DNA of 64,000 nt. Source: Octopus vulgaris. Lineage: Eukaryota. The translations under genes and the position numbers were made by a program. Shown here piece after piece: positions 38,947 through 53,002 of this stretch. Each line of letters starts with the position of its first letter. The first letter of the stretch is position 1. The notes beneath the pieces are model-generated. The model saw nothing but the letters and a program-made list of their open reading frames with translations, made no database searches and was not told the DNA's origin. Location of the stretch: the NCBI GenBank assembly GCA_951406725.2, contig OX597821.1:26660001-26724000 (forward strand). Reading direction: 5' to 3'.

Positions 38947-39079
38947 ACTTGGGGATGGTAATTTAATTTATCACTTTTATTCTTTTTTGCTAAATAGACA
39001 CACGCACTATCTATACTTTTTCTTCACTCGTTTATTACTGTTATTTTAATTATTTTTCTGATTTTGACGCGTGTCCATT

Positions 39080-39124
39080 GTCCGGAAATTTTTTGTCACA
39101 CATCTGTGACCTCTTTAGCGGCAC
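39080..39124 (-). ncRNA. Decayed hammerhead (homologue of 27531-27574)
   Basis: CCG-CTAAAGA-G-GTCAC agatgt GTGAC-AAAA-AATT-TC-CGG; two core G-to-A changes. Confidence 0.45.
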
Positions 39125-39204
39125 TTTTCGTCTGCGGAAATACAACAATATCTGTTTCAACACGTGATTGCACATCAATAATCTTGCAAAACGATTTGAT
39201 AAAC

Positions 39205-39281
<77 letters not shown>

Positions 39282-39306
39282 ATATATATACATAATATAT
39301 ATATAC

Positions 39307-39361
<55 letters not shown>

Positions 39362-39380
39362 TTTATTCTAGATTCTAGCA

Positions 39381-39427
39381 AAAACTGTCTGATGAACGGC
39401 AACGAGAAACTCAGAGTAACAGATTTT
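39381..39427 (+). ncRNA. Type-I hammerhead ribozyme, canonical core, short stem II
   Basis: AAAACTGT-CTGATGA-aCG gcaa CGa-GAAA-CTCAGAG-TA-ACAGATTTT. Confidence 0.7.
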
Positions 39428-39558
39428 GTTGAATTTTCTGCTGCTTAAAATAAAGCATATTACTCTACCACTGGTATTTGAGTACTCTTTTTTCCACCTT
39501 GTTTCGCATTTATGTGTTTACTCCGGTATATATATATATATACAGAATATATATATAC

Positions 39559-39608
<50 letters not shown>

Positions 39609-39619
39609 ATATATATACA

Positions 39620-39748
<129 letters not shown>

Positions 39749-39755
39749 TATATAT

Positions 39756-39792
<37 letters not shown>

Positions 39793-39816
39793 ATATATAT
39801 ACAAATATATATATAC

Positions 39817-39988
<172 letters not shown>

Positions 39989-40013
39989 ATATATATACAT
40001 AATATATATATAC

Positions 40014-40056
<43 letters not shown>

Positions 40057-40070
40057 TATATATATACATA

Positions 40071-40104
<34 letters not shown>

Positions 40105-40752
40105 TTATGTGTGTGTCTTTGTGTCTGTGTATTCCCCGCCATCGCTTGACAACCGATTTTGCTCTGTTTACGTCCCCGTAACTTAGCGGCTCGGTAAAAG
40201 GGACCGATAGAAAAAGTACTACGTTTACAAAGAGTAAGTCCTGAGCTCGATTTGTTCCACTAAAACCCTTTCAAGGTGGTACTCCAACATGGCCGCAGTC
40301 AAATGACTGAAACAAGTAAAAGAATAAAAGAATATTTAAGGAAGCATGAAGGTGTATATTCTGGTATATAAATGTACGCGTGTGTATGAGTGTTTATTTT
40401 TCTAATAATTTTCGAATATTGACTGCATTCATTAGCACATGGAAAATATCATCTCTGACTGCAGCATGCTTTATCTGTTTAACCTTTGTTGTTTGACACG
40501 ATGTACATCTCTCAGATATAATATCTTCATATTCTAGCGTGTGTTTTTATGGTAGTGACAGAACAAGTAACAGGCATTATTGCTGGAAACCTTCTGCAAT
40601 CTAAACATCAAAAATAAAAATAATATTCATTAATATTGCCGAAACTGCAAAAGCCAAAATAGTATTCATTAATATTTTAAGTTAACGACAGCTATAAAAT
40701 ATCAAATCTATTTAATTTTAGAACAGCAGAAATACTCTGGTAGAATATGTGT

Positions 40753-40807
<55 letters not shown>

Positions 40808-41193
40808 TTGTTTCTGATTTGGGCAAATGTTATCTTAGTGTTTCTTTTTTGTCCGACCATGACGTGCTCTTATCTCTGGCCAATCGAACGATCGCTAGAT
40901 GACTTGACTGCTATGGCTGACAGAATAAACATGTGAGACAAGTGAATACTTTTCAGTTTTTCTGAAATATGTTCTGTTGTTTTATATATCGTCTGCTCTC
41001 ACAACACCATCATTACCAACTTTTTTCTATCATCACTTTTAACAGTTGTGGGGGGAAAATGTAAAATTTTGAAGGAAGGAAGCTCCATAAAATGTTTTAC
41101 AAAGAGACAAATGAGATGAGATGAAGAAAAACCTGTCTTCTTTAAATAAAAATATTAAAGAAAGAGATCATCAGCTCGATTTGATTAGTAACA

Positions 41194-41425
41194 CGGCAGC
41201 GAGCTGGCAGAAACGTTAGCACGCCGGGCGAAATGCGTAGTCGTATTTCGTCTGCCGTTACGTTCTGAGTTCAAATTCCGCCGAGGTCGACTTTGCCTTT
41301 CATCCTTTCGGGGTCGATAAATTAAGTACCAGTTACGCACTGGGGTCGATGTAATCGACTTAATTCGTTTGTCTGTCCTTGTTTGTCCCCTCTATATTTA
41401 GCCCCTTGTGGGTAGTAAAGAAATA
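41194..41425 (+). mobile_element. Family B SINE with 16-bp TSD
   Basis: TSD GATTTGATTAGTAACA at 41178-41193 and 41426-41441. Confidence 0.9.
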
Positions 41426-41439
41426 GATTTGATTAGTAA

Positions 41440-42130
41440 CAGAGTCTAAAGGTAAATTGAATGAGGAGTATAAAAGATAAGCATCTGAAGAAATAGAAGT
41501 GACCACGTTTTATCAAAAATGTTCGTGGTCAGCCGAAAATGAGTACAAAATGCTGTTTTACATGAGGTTTGTCTTTGCATGCACAGAAAAGAGGCAAGGC
41601 TAGTTTGTGGGGACAGAAATGAAAGTCATTAAAACTGGTAGAAGAATTTGTATGACTTTTCTGTACAAATCAAAAGCAAAGTAAAACTCCATAATTCGGA
41701 TATTGTGGTCATTGATATGAACCAAGTAGGATGTATACGACGTGGGATGTACATTGACATCAGAATCAAGAAATAAATGGGAAAAGTACTGAATTTATGA
41801 AATTCTCAAATGGTGGGAAAAAGATTTTATAATTGAATTATAATTGAAGCTTTGGGAACAGTGTCAAAAATTTTGAAAGTAAAAGCTGGAAAGCTATATC
41901 TTTAACGTAGAAACGGGTACAACAAGGAAATCTTGTTTACTATATCAACAGGAATAATGGGAAACTCTTCGATATAAATTAAAGACAAATATAAATCGCA
42001 TAGAAGGATCTTAATGGAGGAAGCGACAAGCATGTTTCATATCCTAGACCACTGGTTGTAGTCTGATAGAAAACGTAATCAAATCCCTTACATCTTCAAT
42101 ACCGACGAGCAGAAAAAAATATAATACTGG
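41440..42130 (+). pseudogene. Highly decayed R4/Dong-like REL 3' region
   Basis: Weak remnants (DIVVID, ALGTVSK) resembling 52347-52703. Confidence 0.4.
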
Positions 42131-44449
42131 TAACAGAATGCACACAAGAAAAGTTTATAAGGAAAACCAAAAATAGAAACAAAATACTAAAATAATCAAT
42201 GAATAAAGAAACATATAAACAAAGACAAAATGACAATGTTATTTTTGTACAAGATTGTTTGCTGTTTCTCTTTTAATATTGAACTTAAAGCAAGATTTAA
42301 TATTTTATATTAGGTAACTAATTATGTTAGCTCTGGTGTGTGTATTGACAGGTTGGTCTTATAATTCTGTTGAGGAATTGGTATTTCGGTAAAGTAAACA
42401 GTAGCAGTTTGCTGGATTCATTTAATATTGGATTTGATGATGTTTAAACTCAGTGGTTGTGGGTTTTTATGTATTTGTTTATTTCCCATGGCATCAAAAC
42501 AAATCAAGAGAAAAGAATAATATTTGGCTTGGAGAATATATAAAATATGGTCTTAATAACAACAATATTCTCACCAGCAATAATAATTGGCACAAAGCAA
42601 GATAATTGTGATGAAGAGTTTAGTCTATTAAGACTACCACAGTATACTTTATTTCATCGACCCCCAGACTGTCGAAAGGCAAAGTTGACGTCAGCAGGAT
42701 TTTAACACCGAATCTAATGAGCCTAATTAAATGCTAAAATGTAAATTTCTTCTGATTGATCCACCTTACTATTTCTCTTTCTTTTCATGTTCTGTGTGTG
42801 CAAAGATCTGTGAATTTATTACAGTTACGTGTGAAGATAGGTTCCTATTAACCCCTTTTCTTGGGGTGTGTCCTTTTAAAATTTTCTTGTTACGTTTTCA
42901 TAGTCTTGTCTTTTTCTGCTATCATCAGCAGTTTACCGTCTCTGGTTGTTTCTGTTTCTTCCTTATTTTTACGGGGAAAGTAGTTTTTCGACCTCTGGGA
43001 TACCTTTTAGAAACGAGAATACCTGATTTCTTTCGACGCTTCCGGAGTTCCTCTTACAGGTGCCCTAAGGATAGCAGCTTCCATAAACTGCTACTACGGT
43101 TACTTTTTTCCACTTTAGAGTCATCAACACTTATATGCAGGACATTTGAAAGGATCTTTTCAGCCACAGGTGTAACCCTCGTTCTGAAGTTAACCCTCTC
43201 CCTCTCAACCGTTAGAGGAGCTCCAATGAACTTTTCAAGGTCAGAGGAAAACTTCTTTGCCTTTGGCAATGCGGAAGTAGGTTGCTGCGTCGGTTTTCAT
43301 CGAAGCTCAGAGCAAGCCCGAGATCATCTTCGTTTACTAATCTTGTACAGAGGGTAAGTGTTGACGATAATTCTATCAACGACAATAACGTAAATGATGC
43401 TAATGGAATACAGAGTGCACATGATGATGTAGTAGGGGGTCTCATATACTGTTGAAAATGATTGTAATAATAATAATATTGTTTTGTCCTCTCCTTTAAG
43501 AAAAATACCACCACACGGAAACTTATTCTTTAGTGTCCTGTTGATGTCTTCAAATATATTCTTTTCTTTGAATGTCTGAGTAAGGAATTCCTAAAAATTC
43601 TCTTCTTTTGTGGTTTATTTGATCTTTGAGTTGTTTTGGCAAACTCTGCATTAAGCCATTGTTGTTTCTATTGACAACGGTGAAGTTGATAATTGTTGAT
43701 TTTGTGTTTGGTCGTTGTTGTGGTTATTTTTGTCTCTTTTGCATTTTTGCAGAAGTTTTTTGTTTTGTTTTTGCATTTGTGTGTTTTCATTTGCTTCCTT
43801 TGTCGACATTTGCGTAGTCTGATTCACATCTCCTTCGCGCCAGTTGAGGAGGCATCAGATAAAGAAGATTGTTAATGCACGGATGGGTATTTTTGACATT
43901 TGTATTGAGGTTGATATCTTTCGGGGCAGCGGTCTCTTTTGTCAGATGTCCTGTTTTGAAAGTGGCAATAGTAATCGTCTTTGCCTTGGAAGTGATTTTA
44001 GCTTTCGAGGTTAATATTCTTGTTATTGTTGTTCATACTTCTATTATTGGTATTTATATTGTGCTTGCAGTGTTGGCAGCAAGGAAGTTTTCATTCTTTT
44101 TACCTAGAAGATAAAAAGCCCTCTTTTGGTTGGATCTTCCACAAGTGTAAAACCTAACTCTTACGCATTCTATCACAGCCAATTGGCCCCCACCTCTCCA
44201 AATAACCACGAGGTCACGGATCGTTTGTTTTGTCAGGGCTGAACACCATTTGCATCTTTATTTCGAGCTTTTGCAAGTCCCCGAAGGGGGATCGATCTCA
44301 GGTTCATCCTATATTATATGGAAGTATTGTATATACATTTCAGTGCTTACACAACTCCTCACGTAGGGCAAATCGCTACAAACACCCTTCTCTCTAGCAT
44401 GTATTTATCACTATTTCTCTAAAATCTCTTCTTCAATGAGGCATCGAAC

Positions 44450-44510
44450 CACCAGCACCACCAGCATCACCAGCACCAGCACCACCACCACCAGCACCAC
44501 CAGCACCAGC

Positions 44511-44541
<31 letters not shown>

Positions 44542-44612
44542 CCACCACCACCAGCACCAGCACCACCAGCACCACCACCAGCACCACCACCAGCACCACC
44601 ACCACCAACCAC

Positions 44613-44644
<32 letters not shown>

Positions 44645-44719
44645 CCAGCACCAGCACCACCACCACCAACCACCAGCACCAGCACCAGCAGCAGCAGCAG
44701 CAGCAGCACCAGCACCACC

Positions 44720-44750
<31 letters not shown>

Positions 44751-44752
44751 CC
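44450..44752. repeat. (CAC/CAG)n compound trinucleotide repeat
   Basis: Direct inspection. Confidence 0.95.
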
Positions 44753-44980
44753 TATTTCTTTATTACCCACAAGGGGCTAAACACAGAGGGGACAAACAAG
44801 GACAGACATAGGTATTAAGTCGATTACATCGACCCCAGTGTAACTGGTACTTAATTTATCGACCCCGAAAGGATGAAAGGCAAAGTCGACCTCGGCAGAA
44901 TTTGAACTCACAACGTAACGCAGACGAAATACCGCTAAGCATTTCGCTCGGCGTGCTAACGTTTCTGCCAGCTCGCCGCC
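44753..44980 (-). mobile_element. Family B SINE inserted in (CCA)n
   Basis: Full family B sequence flanked by CCA repeats. Confidence 0.9.
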
Positions 44981-45642
44981 ACCACCACCACCACCACCTC
45001 ACCGTGCCTTCCATTCGTCTTTCATGCATTTCTGTTGGAGTAGAGTCGTCAACTTTTGTTCTTTTTATCGATACGATTATTGGTCGCGGGACTTTATTGC
45101 TTCTCTTCCCGCTTTGGCAGTGAGAGTTATGTTTCCCTAGGCAGTGCTTGTTCGTTTGTTTGTGTGAACTCGACCCTTTCGAGTTTGCGTGGGTATTTGC
45201 TCTTGATGGCACGAGTGACTGTGGATACAATGTCACTGTTGCAATTAACCGTTGAAAAAAAATTCCCGTTACAAACGGTGGTGGTGGTGGGGAGAGTGAA
45301 GGTGTTGCTTCTGCATACCAAACTGGTGTTGTTGTTGTTGTTGTTGGAGGCGGCGGCGGCGGTGAAGTTGGTGCCAATCGTAGTGAAAGCGACTGGCAAA
45401 ACGGTGTTGGTGGATTTTCCTGCTGCGTTCGAATGACTTTAGCTGGTGGCAGTGTTGCTATTGTTTTTTTTTTTGTGGTTGCCATATTTGTTCTCTTTAC
45501 CATACATTAATGAAATTTGCTGCTGTAGAATGTGGTGAGGCAATAATGTCAAATACCTTAGTTGTCATGGCGACTACACCATGTCTTCAGTTTGAAAAAT
45601 TGCGATAGTTTTTTTTCCTCCTCCTCCTCCTCCTCCTCCTCC

Positions 45643-45686
<44 letters not shown>

Positions 45687-45965
45687 TCTTTAGCAGCTTC
45701 CATTACAAATATTATGATAATATTTTTAAAAATATATTTTTTTGTTCGTCTTTTCTAACTCGAATATGTCATTTTTTTTTAAAGCTGCAGATATTAGTGG
45801 ATATCTTATGGGTACGTTTAAGAAAATGAAAAGAAAAGAAGCAAAAAATAAATAAAAAGGATTGCAATCTTATAAGAGCACCCTCACCTGATTTAGTATC
45901 TCCATAAGTTTCACAGCATTTCGTGAAACTTACCGAAACACAGAATCCAATGCCGATCATTGCTG

Positions 45966-46019
<54 letters not shown>

Positions 46020-46179
46020 TTTTTTATGGGTCACAAGCGCTCGATGTTACTATTCTTGATTCCTGAGAGGACTCATAACACCTGGCCATATTGTAAGAAG
46101 CCAATAAACATGAAGCACATACGCATGAATAAATGCTTACATAAATACACAATGCGTAAATACATACATACATACGTAC

Positions 46180-46740
46180 ATGGTGGCTGCCCCCTCGTTA
46201 TCGAGTATGGTCATTGCACGAAGCTTAATCAATGTTGTTATCGTGCAATGCTTGTGCAAGAAGATTTTTTTTAAAGTGAGGAAAGGCTGTGCACTGAGTC
46301 AATCTCACTCACTAAGCAACAGCAGCCATAATCCGAAAAGAAGAACAAGTCAACATCATCGGTAACCACTGAGCCACAGGTTTTATGTCGGAGTTATCCC
46401 AGTTACCTGAGTTACCTTCTCTTAGAAGGTTGCCCTAACAAAGGCTAGGAGTCCTTCACTCCCAATGGTTTAACCGCGCGATCGGGTATTCAGTCCGATT
46501 ATTTCTATGTCCCCGCGCATGATACAGCCTTAAGACATTTATTGGATGGCCGTTGACCCTCAAGAGTTCCTCACCCTTTGACGGGTTTTGTTTTTCATCC
46601 AGCAGAGTGTCCAGTAAACACTCTCCTCACCAAGCAAGCTTGGTGGGGTTGCCGGTTTAGTCGCCGACGACCAGACCATGCAACAGGTTGTACTGGGTTA
46701 CATGTGACCAGTAGCACTCGAAAGTGACCTGACATAACAT
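46180..46740 (-). mobile_element. Non-autonomous bipartite RTE derivative (5' UTR fused to 3' tail)
   Basis: 46345-46740 matches the RTE 5' region at 11405-11605 plus 12190-12370; 46180-46230 matches the RTE 3' tail at 10810-10855. Confidence 0.75.
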
Positions 46741-46874
46741 ACAAACATACATACATACATACATACATACATACATACACACACATACATACAAACATAC
46801 ATACATACATACATACATACATACATACATACATACATACATACATACATACATACATACATACATACAAGCAT

Positions 46875-47445
46875 CTGACACAGAGATTTGGGACAGAGAA
46901 GAGAAATCAGTGGAAATCAGCAGCCCAGCGAATGTTAAAATAAAGTTAAAGATCAGCGAAAAAGAAAATATCTACGTTGAACTATTGAGAAGTCTACATT
47001 TACAATCTCATTTACAGATTACAAGCTCAGTTTTATACCTGTGATTATTGAGGTACTGGGATATGTAACACGCTGTCTAAATATCAAACGATGAGAAATT
47101 AGGCTTTTCAAAATCAGAAAGGGGAAAACTGATTCGAAGACTACAGATCCAAGCCTTCACTGGAACTGTAAAACTTTTAAAAACTTTTAAAAACTTTCCA
47201 GAAGTTTATCATTTTAAGTATATGTGTGCATGTATAGACATGCAACTATATGCATGCGGATGCATAAATAAAACAAAATATAAAATCTGCACATGCACTG
47301 GCTCCAAATACTGTACAAATACACACATATATGCAATGATAACCTGTTGATGTTGTTGAAGTTCCAGTGAAGGGGTCTTGGATCTAGATTAGAAGCTGAT
47401 TCTTTGTCTATAGGCAAGAAATCTAGAAATAAAACTGAATAGTAA
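46875..47445 (+). mobile_element. 5'-truncated R4/Dong-like element (REL domain plus 3' UTR) in (ACAT)n
   Basis: VEISSPANVKIKLKISEKENIYVELLRSL...FIPVIIEVLGYV...KLIRRLQIQAFTGTVK; ACAT repeats on both sides. Confidence 0.8.
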
Positions 47446-47549
47446 CATACATACATATATGCATACGTATCTACATGCATGCATTCATACATGCGTACAT
47501 AAAACACACACATATACATACATATACGCGACGTACACACACATATATA

Positions 47550-47766
47550 TTCTTTTATTTTTTTACTTGTTTCAGTCATTTGACTGCGGCCATGCTGGAG
47601 CACCGCCTTTAGTCGAAGAAATCGGTCACAGAACTTAATCTTTGTAAGCCTAGTACTTATTCTATCGGTCTCTTTGCCGAACCGCTACGTTACAGGGACG
47701 TAAAAATACCAATATCGGTTGGTCAGGCGATGATGGGGGACGAACACAGATACACACACATACACA

Positions 47767-47830
<64 letters not shown>

Positions 47831-48000
47831 CATGTATATATATATGACGGGATTCTTTCAGTTTCTGTCTATCAAATCCACTCACAGGGCTTTGGTCAGC
47901 CCGAATCTATAGCAGAAGACATTTGCCCAACGTGCCACATAGTGGGACTGAACCTGGAGCCCTGTTGTTGGGAAGCAAGCTTCTTACCACACAACCACAT
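47550..48000 (-). mobile_element. Family A SINE
   Basis: Head to tail. Confidence 0.85.
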
Positions 48001-48361
48001 ATAATTTTATGTGATATTATATTCGTATTCCTGATATGGCTTCAAATGTTTCATTTAACTTTGTCTCAAACTAAATATTTCTATAACCCTGCCAAAACGA
48101 TGTACCGAATACGTTTAAAAATATGTCACATAACAAACGCATTAAATAAAAAAAAAAATTCTTGCAAAATAAACAGAGGCGGGAGAGTTGGAGAGAAAGA
48201 AAGATCAGAGAGAAAAGAGAGAGTGCAGAGAAAGAGTGGAAAGAGGGAGAGAAAGAGATAATTTTTTTTTTTCACGAACAGCAAATAAAAGCAATAAGAC
48301 ACGAGTATCAAGCACACAAGCAAATGTTTAAAAAAACAACAACAAAAAAGCGATGCAACAT

Positions 48362-48413
<52 letters not shown>

Positions 48414-48671
48414 TGAATAACAACAACAAAAGCAACAATTGCAAGACAATGATATTTATGAACAACCAGCGCTGACTTGAAATTAAGTAGGAATATGTCA
48501 TCAATAAAATGGAATCCATTAATTCTCAATGACAGATGATAATCAACAACCAGTATCTCCTCGTCAAATATTCTCTCACTATATTTTTACCGCCTCATCC
48601 CTATCTAGTTCTCTCTTCCACTCTCTCTCTCTTTTTCTCTCTCTCTCTCTCTATATATATATGAATGTATT

Positions 48672-48722
<51 letters not shown>

Positions 48723-48844
48723 GTATATACATACATATCTATTTGTGTATAAATAAATAAATATATATATAAATATCGATATATATATATACATAAATTC
48801 ATATACGTCTTTGACAATATCGATATTATTTTATTTATCTATCG

Positions 48845-48920
<76 letters not shown>

Positions 48921-49929
48921 CTGTGTGTGTGAATATGTGTGTGTATATATGTATGTACGTCTGTATACATGTATGTATGCGTATATGTGAGTATTACTCA
49001 TAGCCTGTGTTTTGTTCTTATATTTCAACTGAAGCTACCGCCGCCATAGTTTGGAACTTATATACACGAATTTAGAGTAATGATATTGAAATGATAGCTG
49101 TATAAAAAAAAAGAACACACACAAACAAGTGTCTAATTCTTCCACTTCACTAGAAATTAATATAAAAGTGTCAATATTAATACACACAAACGCCAAGAGT
49201 CCACGCCCACATACTAACACATAAATATAGTTTTTGGATATAGCTTGTTGTTTCTTTTTTTTTTGCTCTTGCTGTTTTGTTTAGAGCAGTACTAATGGTG
49301 CAGACCTAAGATCAAAGGTATTATAAACATTTCCAACGAGGATTAGAGGGGACATTTAGAAAACACCATCAGGAACAGTATTCTCCAAGTGTCCCATCAC
49401 TATTTGTGGAAAAGAAATGTGGGACGTAGACACACCTACACCGGCTGTCAAACGGTGATGGGGGTACAGGCTTAAAGACGCACGCACATATACATATGCC
49501 AAGGGCTTCTTTCAGTTTCCCTCTACCAGGTCCACTCAAAAGGCTTTGGTCGACACAAGGCTATAGGAGAAAGCACTTGCCCAAGTTGCTACTCAGTGGT
49601 ACTGAACCCGGAACCATGTGATTGGGAGGGAAGCTTCTTTACTTTATGAAATTGGCCATGAAGGCTTTATATAGAGGGGACAGCACAAGGTGGGGACAAA
49701 AAAAAAAAAACCAAAAACAAAACGAATGAATTTATATAATGAAAGCTGAAATGAACCCGTTAGGCCCTCACCTCCGAGTGGCTTCATTGAACCTGTAGCA
49801 ACAACATTTACATTACCGTTTGCAACAGCTAGTTTAATACAGTTTGCAACACCATTTTATTCACCATTTACAACGGTTAATTTTCCCTTTTACACAAAAC
49901 TAGTTTATAACAATTATAACAATTATTGT

Positions 49930-50236
49930 GGAGGCGTAATGGCCCAGTGGTTAGGGCAGCGGACTCACGGCCGTAGGATCACGGTTTCGATTCCCAAACC
50001 GGTCGTTGTGAGTGTTTATTGAGCGAAAACACCTATAGCTCCTCGAGGCTCCCGCAGCGGGTGGTGGCGATCCCTACTGTACTCTTTCGCCACAACTTTC
50101 TCTCACTCTTTCCTCTGTTGGCCTGCTCGCTTAGCCAGCGGGTTGGCGTCATTTGAAGGCTGAAACAATGCGAAGCGCATTGTGACCAGCGATGTGTAGC
50201 AACATCTGATAGACTGGTCGGTGACGGTAACGGTGC
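49930..50236 (+). mobile_element. Family C SINE, tail type 2, 11-bp TSD
   Basis: TSD TAACAATTATT at 49917-49927 and 50237-50247. Confidence 0.9.
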
Positions 50237-50249
50237 TAACAATTATTAG

Positions 50250-51800
50250 CGACATCTAATTGTCTTTCCTTCGGAGGATGTTTACGTTATGCTTCTTTAA
50301 AATCTCGTGGGCACTTATTATCTATTAAGAAAAAAATGTTTTTGGCATTGAGCTAGTGTCCAGTTTCTTCATCCAGTACTCATAGTCACACTTTTGTTCG
50401 AAGTTCTTTAGTCTAGATATGTATGCTGGGTCTGCCACTGCACAACGAAGCTACTTGCGCATCCCTTTTACCTTTGATACATCCACTTTTACGATATTGT
50501 CCCACGAGTCTATTTCTTTAGACACTTCATTGTTTTCTCCACTATACACTGACATATTTTTCCAAGGGTGAAGATGGGGAAATTTGAGGCTCCTAGGTGT
50601 TTGTGATTGTCAGGTAGGGTATGGAGAGGGCTGGTGTCTGTCGGGAGTGATTGGGGTAGAGTGGGTGTGGGTGTGGGTTGGGGTCATCTTTTACCATGTG
50701 TGTCCTTTTCCTCCTCTTCTTCCTCTTTTTCTCTACCATTTTCCAACGTGTTCGATTCTTCCTCCTTCTCGACGCCGGTACCTGTCTTCTTCTGTGGCTG
50801 CACCTCACTTGCTTCTTCCTCTACAACTAGTGTAACACCAACCACTTTTCCCTCTGTCTATCCTTGTCCTTTTTTAGTGGTGCAGGGCATTCCACTCTAA
50901 TGTAGCCTTTCAGGCCACATTAATAACATCGCGGAATCCTCCCTTCCACTCTGACCTTTGATATCGATTCTCCTACTGTGATATTCTGGACCTTTTTTCG
51001 ATATCCTCCTCCGTGACTTGCACCACCATATCAAGGCTTTGTCCCTGCCAGTTCCTATGCGGTGTTTTGGTAGCCTGTAGGACCACCACCTTCTCCTCCA
51101 TTCCTAGGAGTATAGCAGCCAACAGCCAGGCTACACCGACCTCCGGGGGTACATCCTCTACCCTAACCCTGGAAGTATGCCTCCCAAGGTAAACGGGCAG
51201 AAGAACAACCTAATTCGTTTTCGGCGGTGTTCCTGAGTGCAGATTGGCGGTAGCTACCTTTCCAAATCGCACCTCTAACATTTCAAATTTCTTTCCTCTG
51301 GCAAGGTACGAAATCTCTTGCCAGACTGGTCTCAACCCCTTTTCTATTTGTCCAGTCGATATATTTTCTATTTTCCTGGCTTCCACTGAGTAAGTTCTAT
51401 AAATTACTGTTCTTTCCGCAACTTCTTTCAGAACTACTTGGGGGTGGGGTGGAACACCTTTACTTCGTTCCTCTCCCTTTCAAGCAATCCCTTACACTTG
51501 CTTACATCTTCCAGCCTTATAGCTTCGTATTTTTCTTCCGTCTCTGTAGTATAACTTCTATTTTCCATAACTTTGTCTATTTTCTTCAGGCACTCTATCA
51601 TTTCTTCCTCCGACGACACATAGTCCGAGCCTTGGTAGCTCTCAACGTTTGATACGGAATAACTCAAACTACCACAGCTCCTCACTCGACGCCCCTCCAT
51701 CACACAAGAGGAAAAACGCCAGACAGCAAAAAACAAAAAACAAAAACACGCACAGCAAAAAAAAAACACGTCTGTCTCGTACAAAATCAAAATACCAAGT
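50250..51800 (-). pseudogene. gag/ORF1-like remnant with CCHC zinc knuckle
   Basis: LPVYLGRHTSRVRVEDVPPEVGVAWLLAAI...RIPRCY*CGLKGYIRVECP (50880-50935). Confidence 0.6.
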
Positions 51801-51849
51801 GAAAACTGGGACACCAGAAGCAAGTTTCTTACTACACAGCTACGCCTGC

Positions 51850-52798
51850 ACATGGCATAATATTTGGTAAACAGCAAACAAGACCTGCTACAGTATGCTG
51901 CTAATGCAGAAGGATTTAACAAAAATGGACTTGAGAATGCTCATGAATTTCGATCAAGAACAGCCAACGAGAGAGAAGAAACCCTACTCCGCATGGAATT
52001 ACATGGCCGATTCCACCGTGAAACAAACAAATTAAAAGACCAAGAAGCATCATGGAAGTGAACCTAAAAAGAGAATACTGAAAGCCTAATCATCGCTGCC
52101 CAGGACCAGGACCAGGCATTATATCCAACTTGGTGAAAAAGAATATAAATCCTCACGGAGCTCTGTAGAATGTATGGGAAGAGGGTCGAAAGCGTGACTC
52201 ACAGTGTTTGTACCTATGAAAGTCTTGTGCAGAAATAGTACAAGAGAAGACACGACAAGGTAGCTCAAAACTTCTACTGGTTACTATGCCGTAATTATGG
52301 ATATGAGGTTATGGATGCTTGGTAACAACATACAACGGAAAAGGTAATGGACGAAAAGGGGACGGCAAAAGTCCTCCGGGACTTTGACTTCCAGACAGAC
52401 ACAGTATTACAGCACCGAAGGCCGGATATAGTAAACTTTAGAAGGGATAAAGAAGAGTGTCTAATAATCGACGTGGCAGTATCAGACGGTCAACATGTCT
52501 TCACGAAAGAAAGAGAAAAGATGTGGCAGCTACGAGAGTCAAACATAAAGGTTATCCCTATTGTCATCGGAGCATTAGGTTCAATAACACCCAATCTGAA
52601 AAAACATCTGCAAACTTTAGAAATACTCTACAATCTAGGTGTATTGCAAAAATCGGCATTACTTGGAACTGCAAGCATATTGCGTAAAGTAATATCTATC
52701 TGAGGTCCTTGTGATTTGACAAGCAGTACAAACTCCATGTAGGCAATATCTTTAATCAATCAACAACCCCAGGTTATTGTATACTGTGCGACGTCTAA

Positions 52799-52800
<2 letters not shown>
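51850..52800 (+). mobile_element. 3' part of R4/Dong-like element ending in (TAA)n
   Basis: ESLIIAAQDQ, KRRHDKVA, DFDFQTDTVLQHRRPDIV...CLIIDVAV, VIPIVIGALG, LQKSALLGTASILRKV. Confidence 0.9.
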
Positions 52801-52857
<57 letters not shown>

Positions 52858-52877
52858 TAATAATAATAAAAAAAAAA

Positions 52878-52972
<95 letters not shown>

Positions 52973-53002
52973 TAATAATAATAGTAGTAGTAGTAGTAGT
53001 AG
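52798..53002. repeat. (TAA)n/(TAG)n microsatellite
   Basis: Direct inspection. Confidence 0.95.

Larger units (their letters stand above)
42730..45600 (-). pseudogene. Decayed gag/ORF1-like retroelement remnant interrupted by a triplet repeat and a SINE
   Basis: EVGANWL resembles EVGVAWL in 50250-51800; KTGHLTK..CP knuckle remnant near 43930; boundaries uncertain. Confidence 0.35.

Noticed and set aside
44411-44780. Poly-T/Q/H/P/G ORFs resembling a low-complexity transcription factor exon
   Set aside because: CAC/CAG repeat open in several frames on both strands, running into a SINE; no domain or splice evidence.
44856-45503. 215-aa minus-strand ORF
   Set aside because: It ends inside a family B SINE and has no recognisable domain; more likely decayed retroelement sequence.
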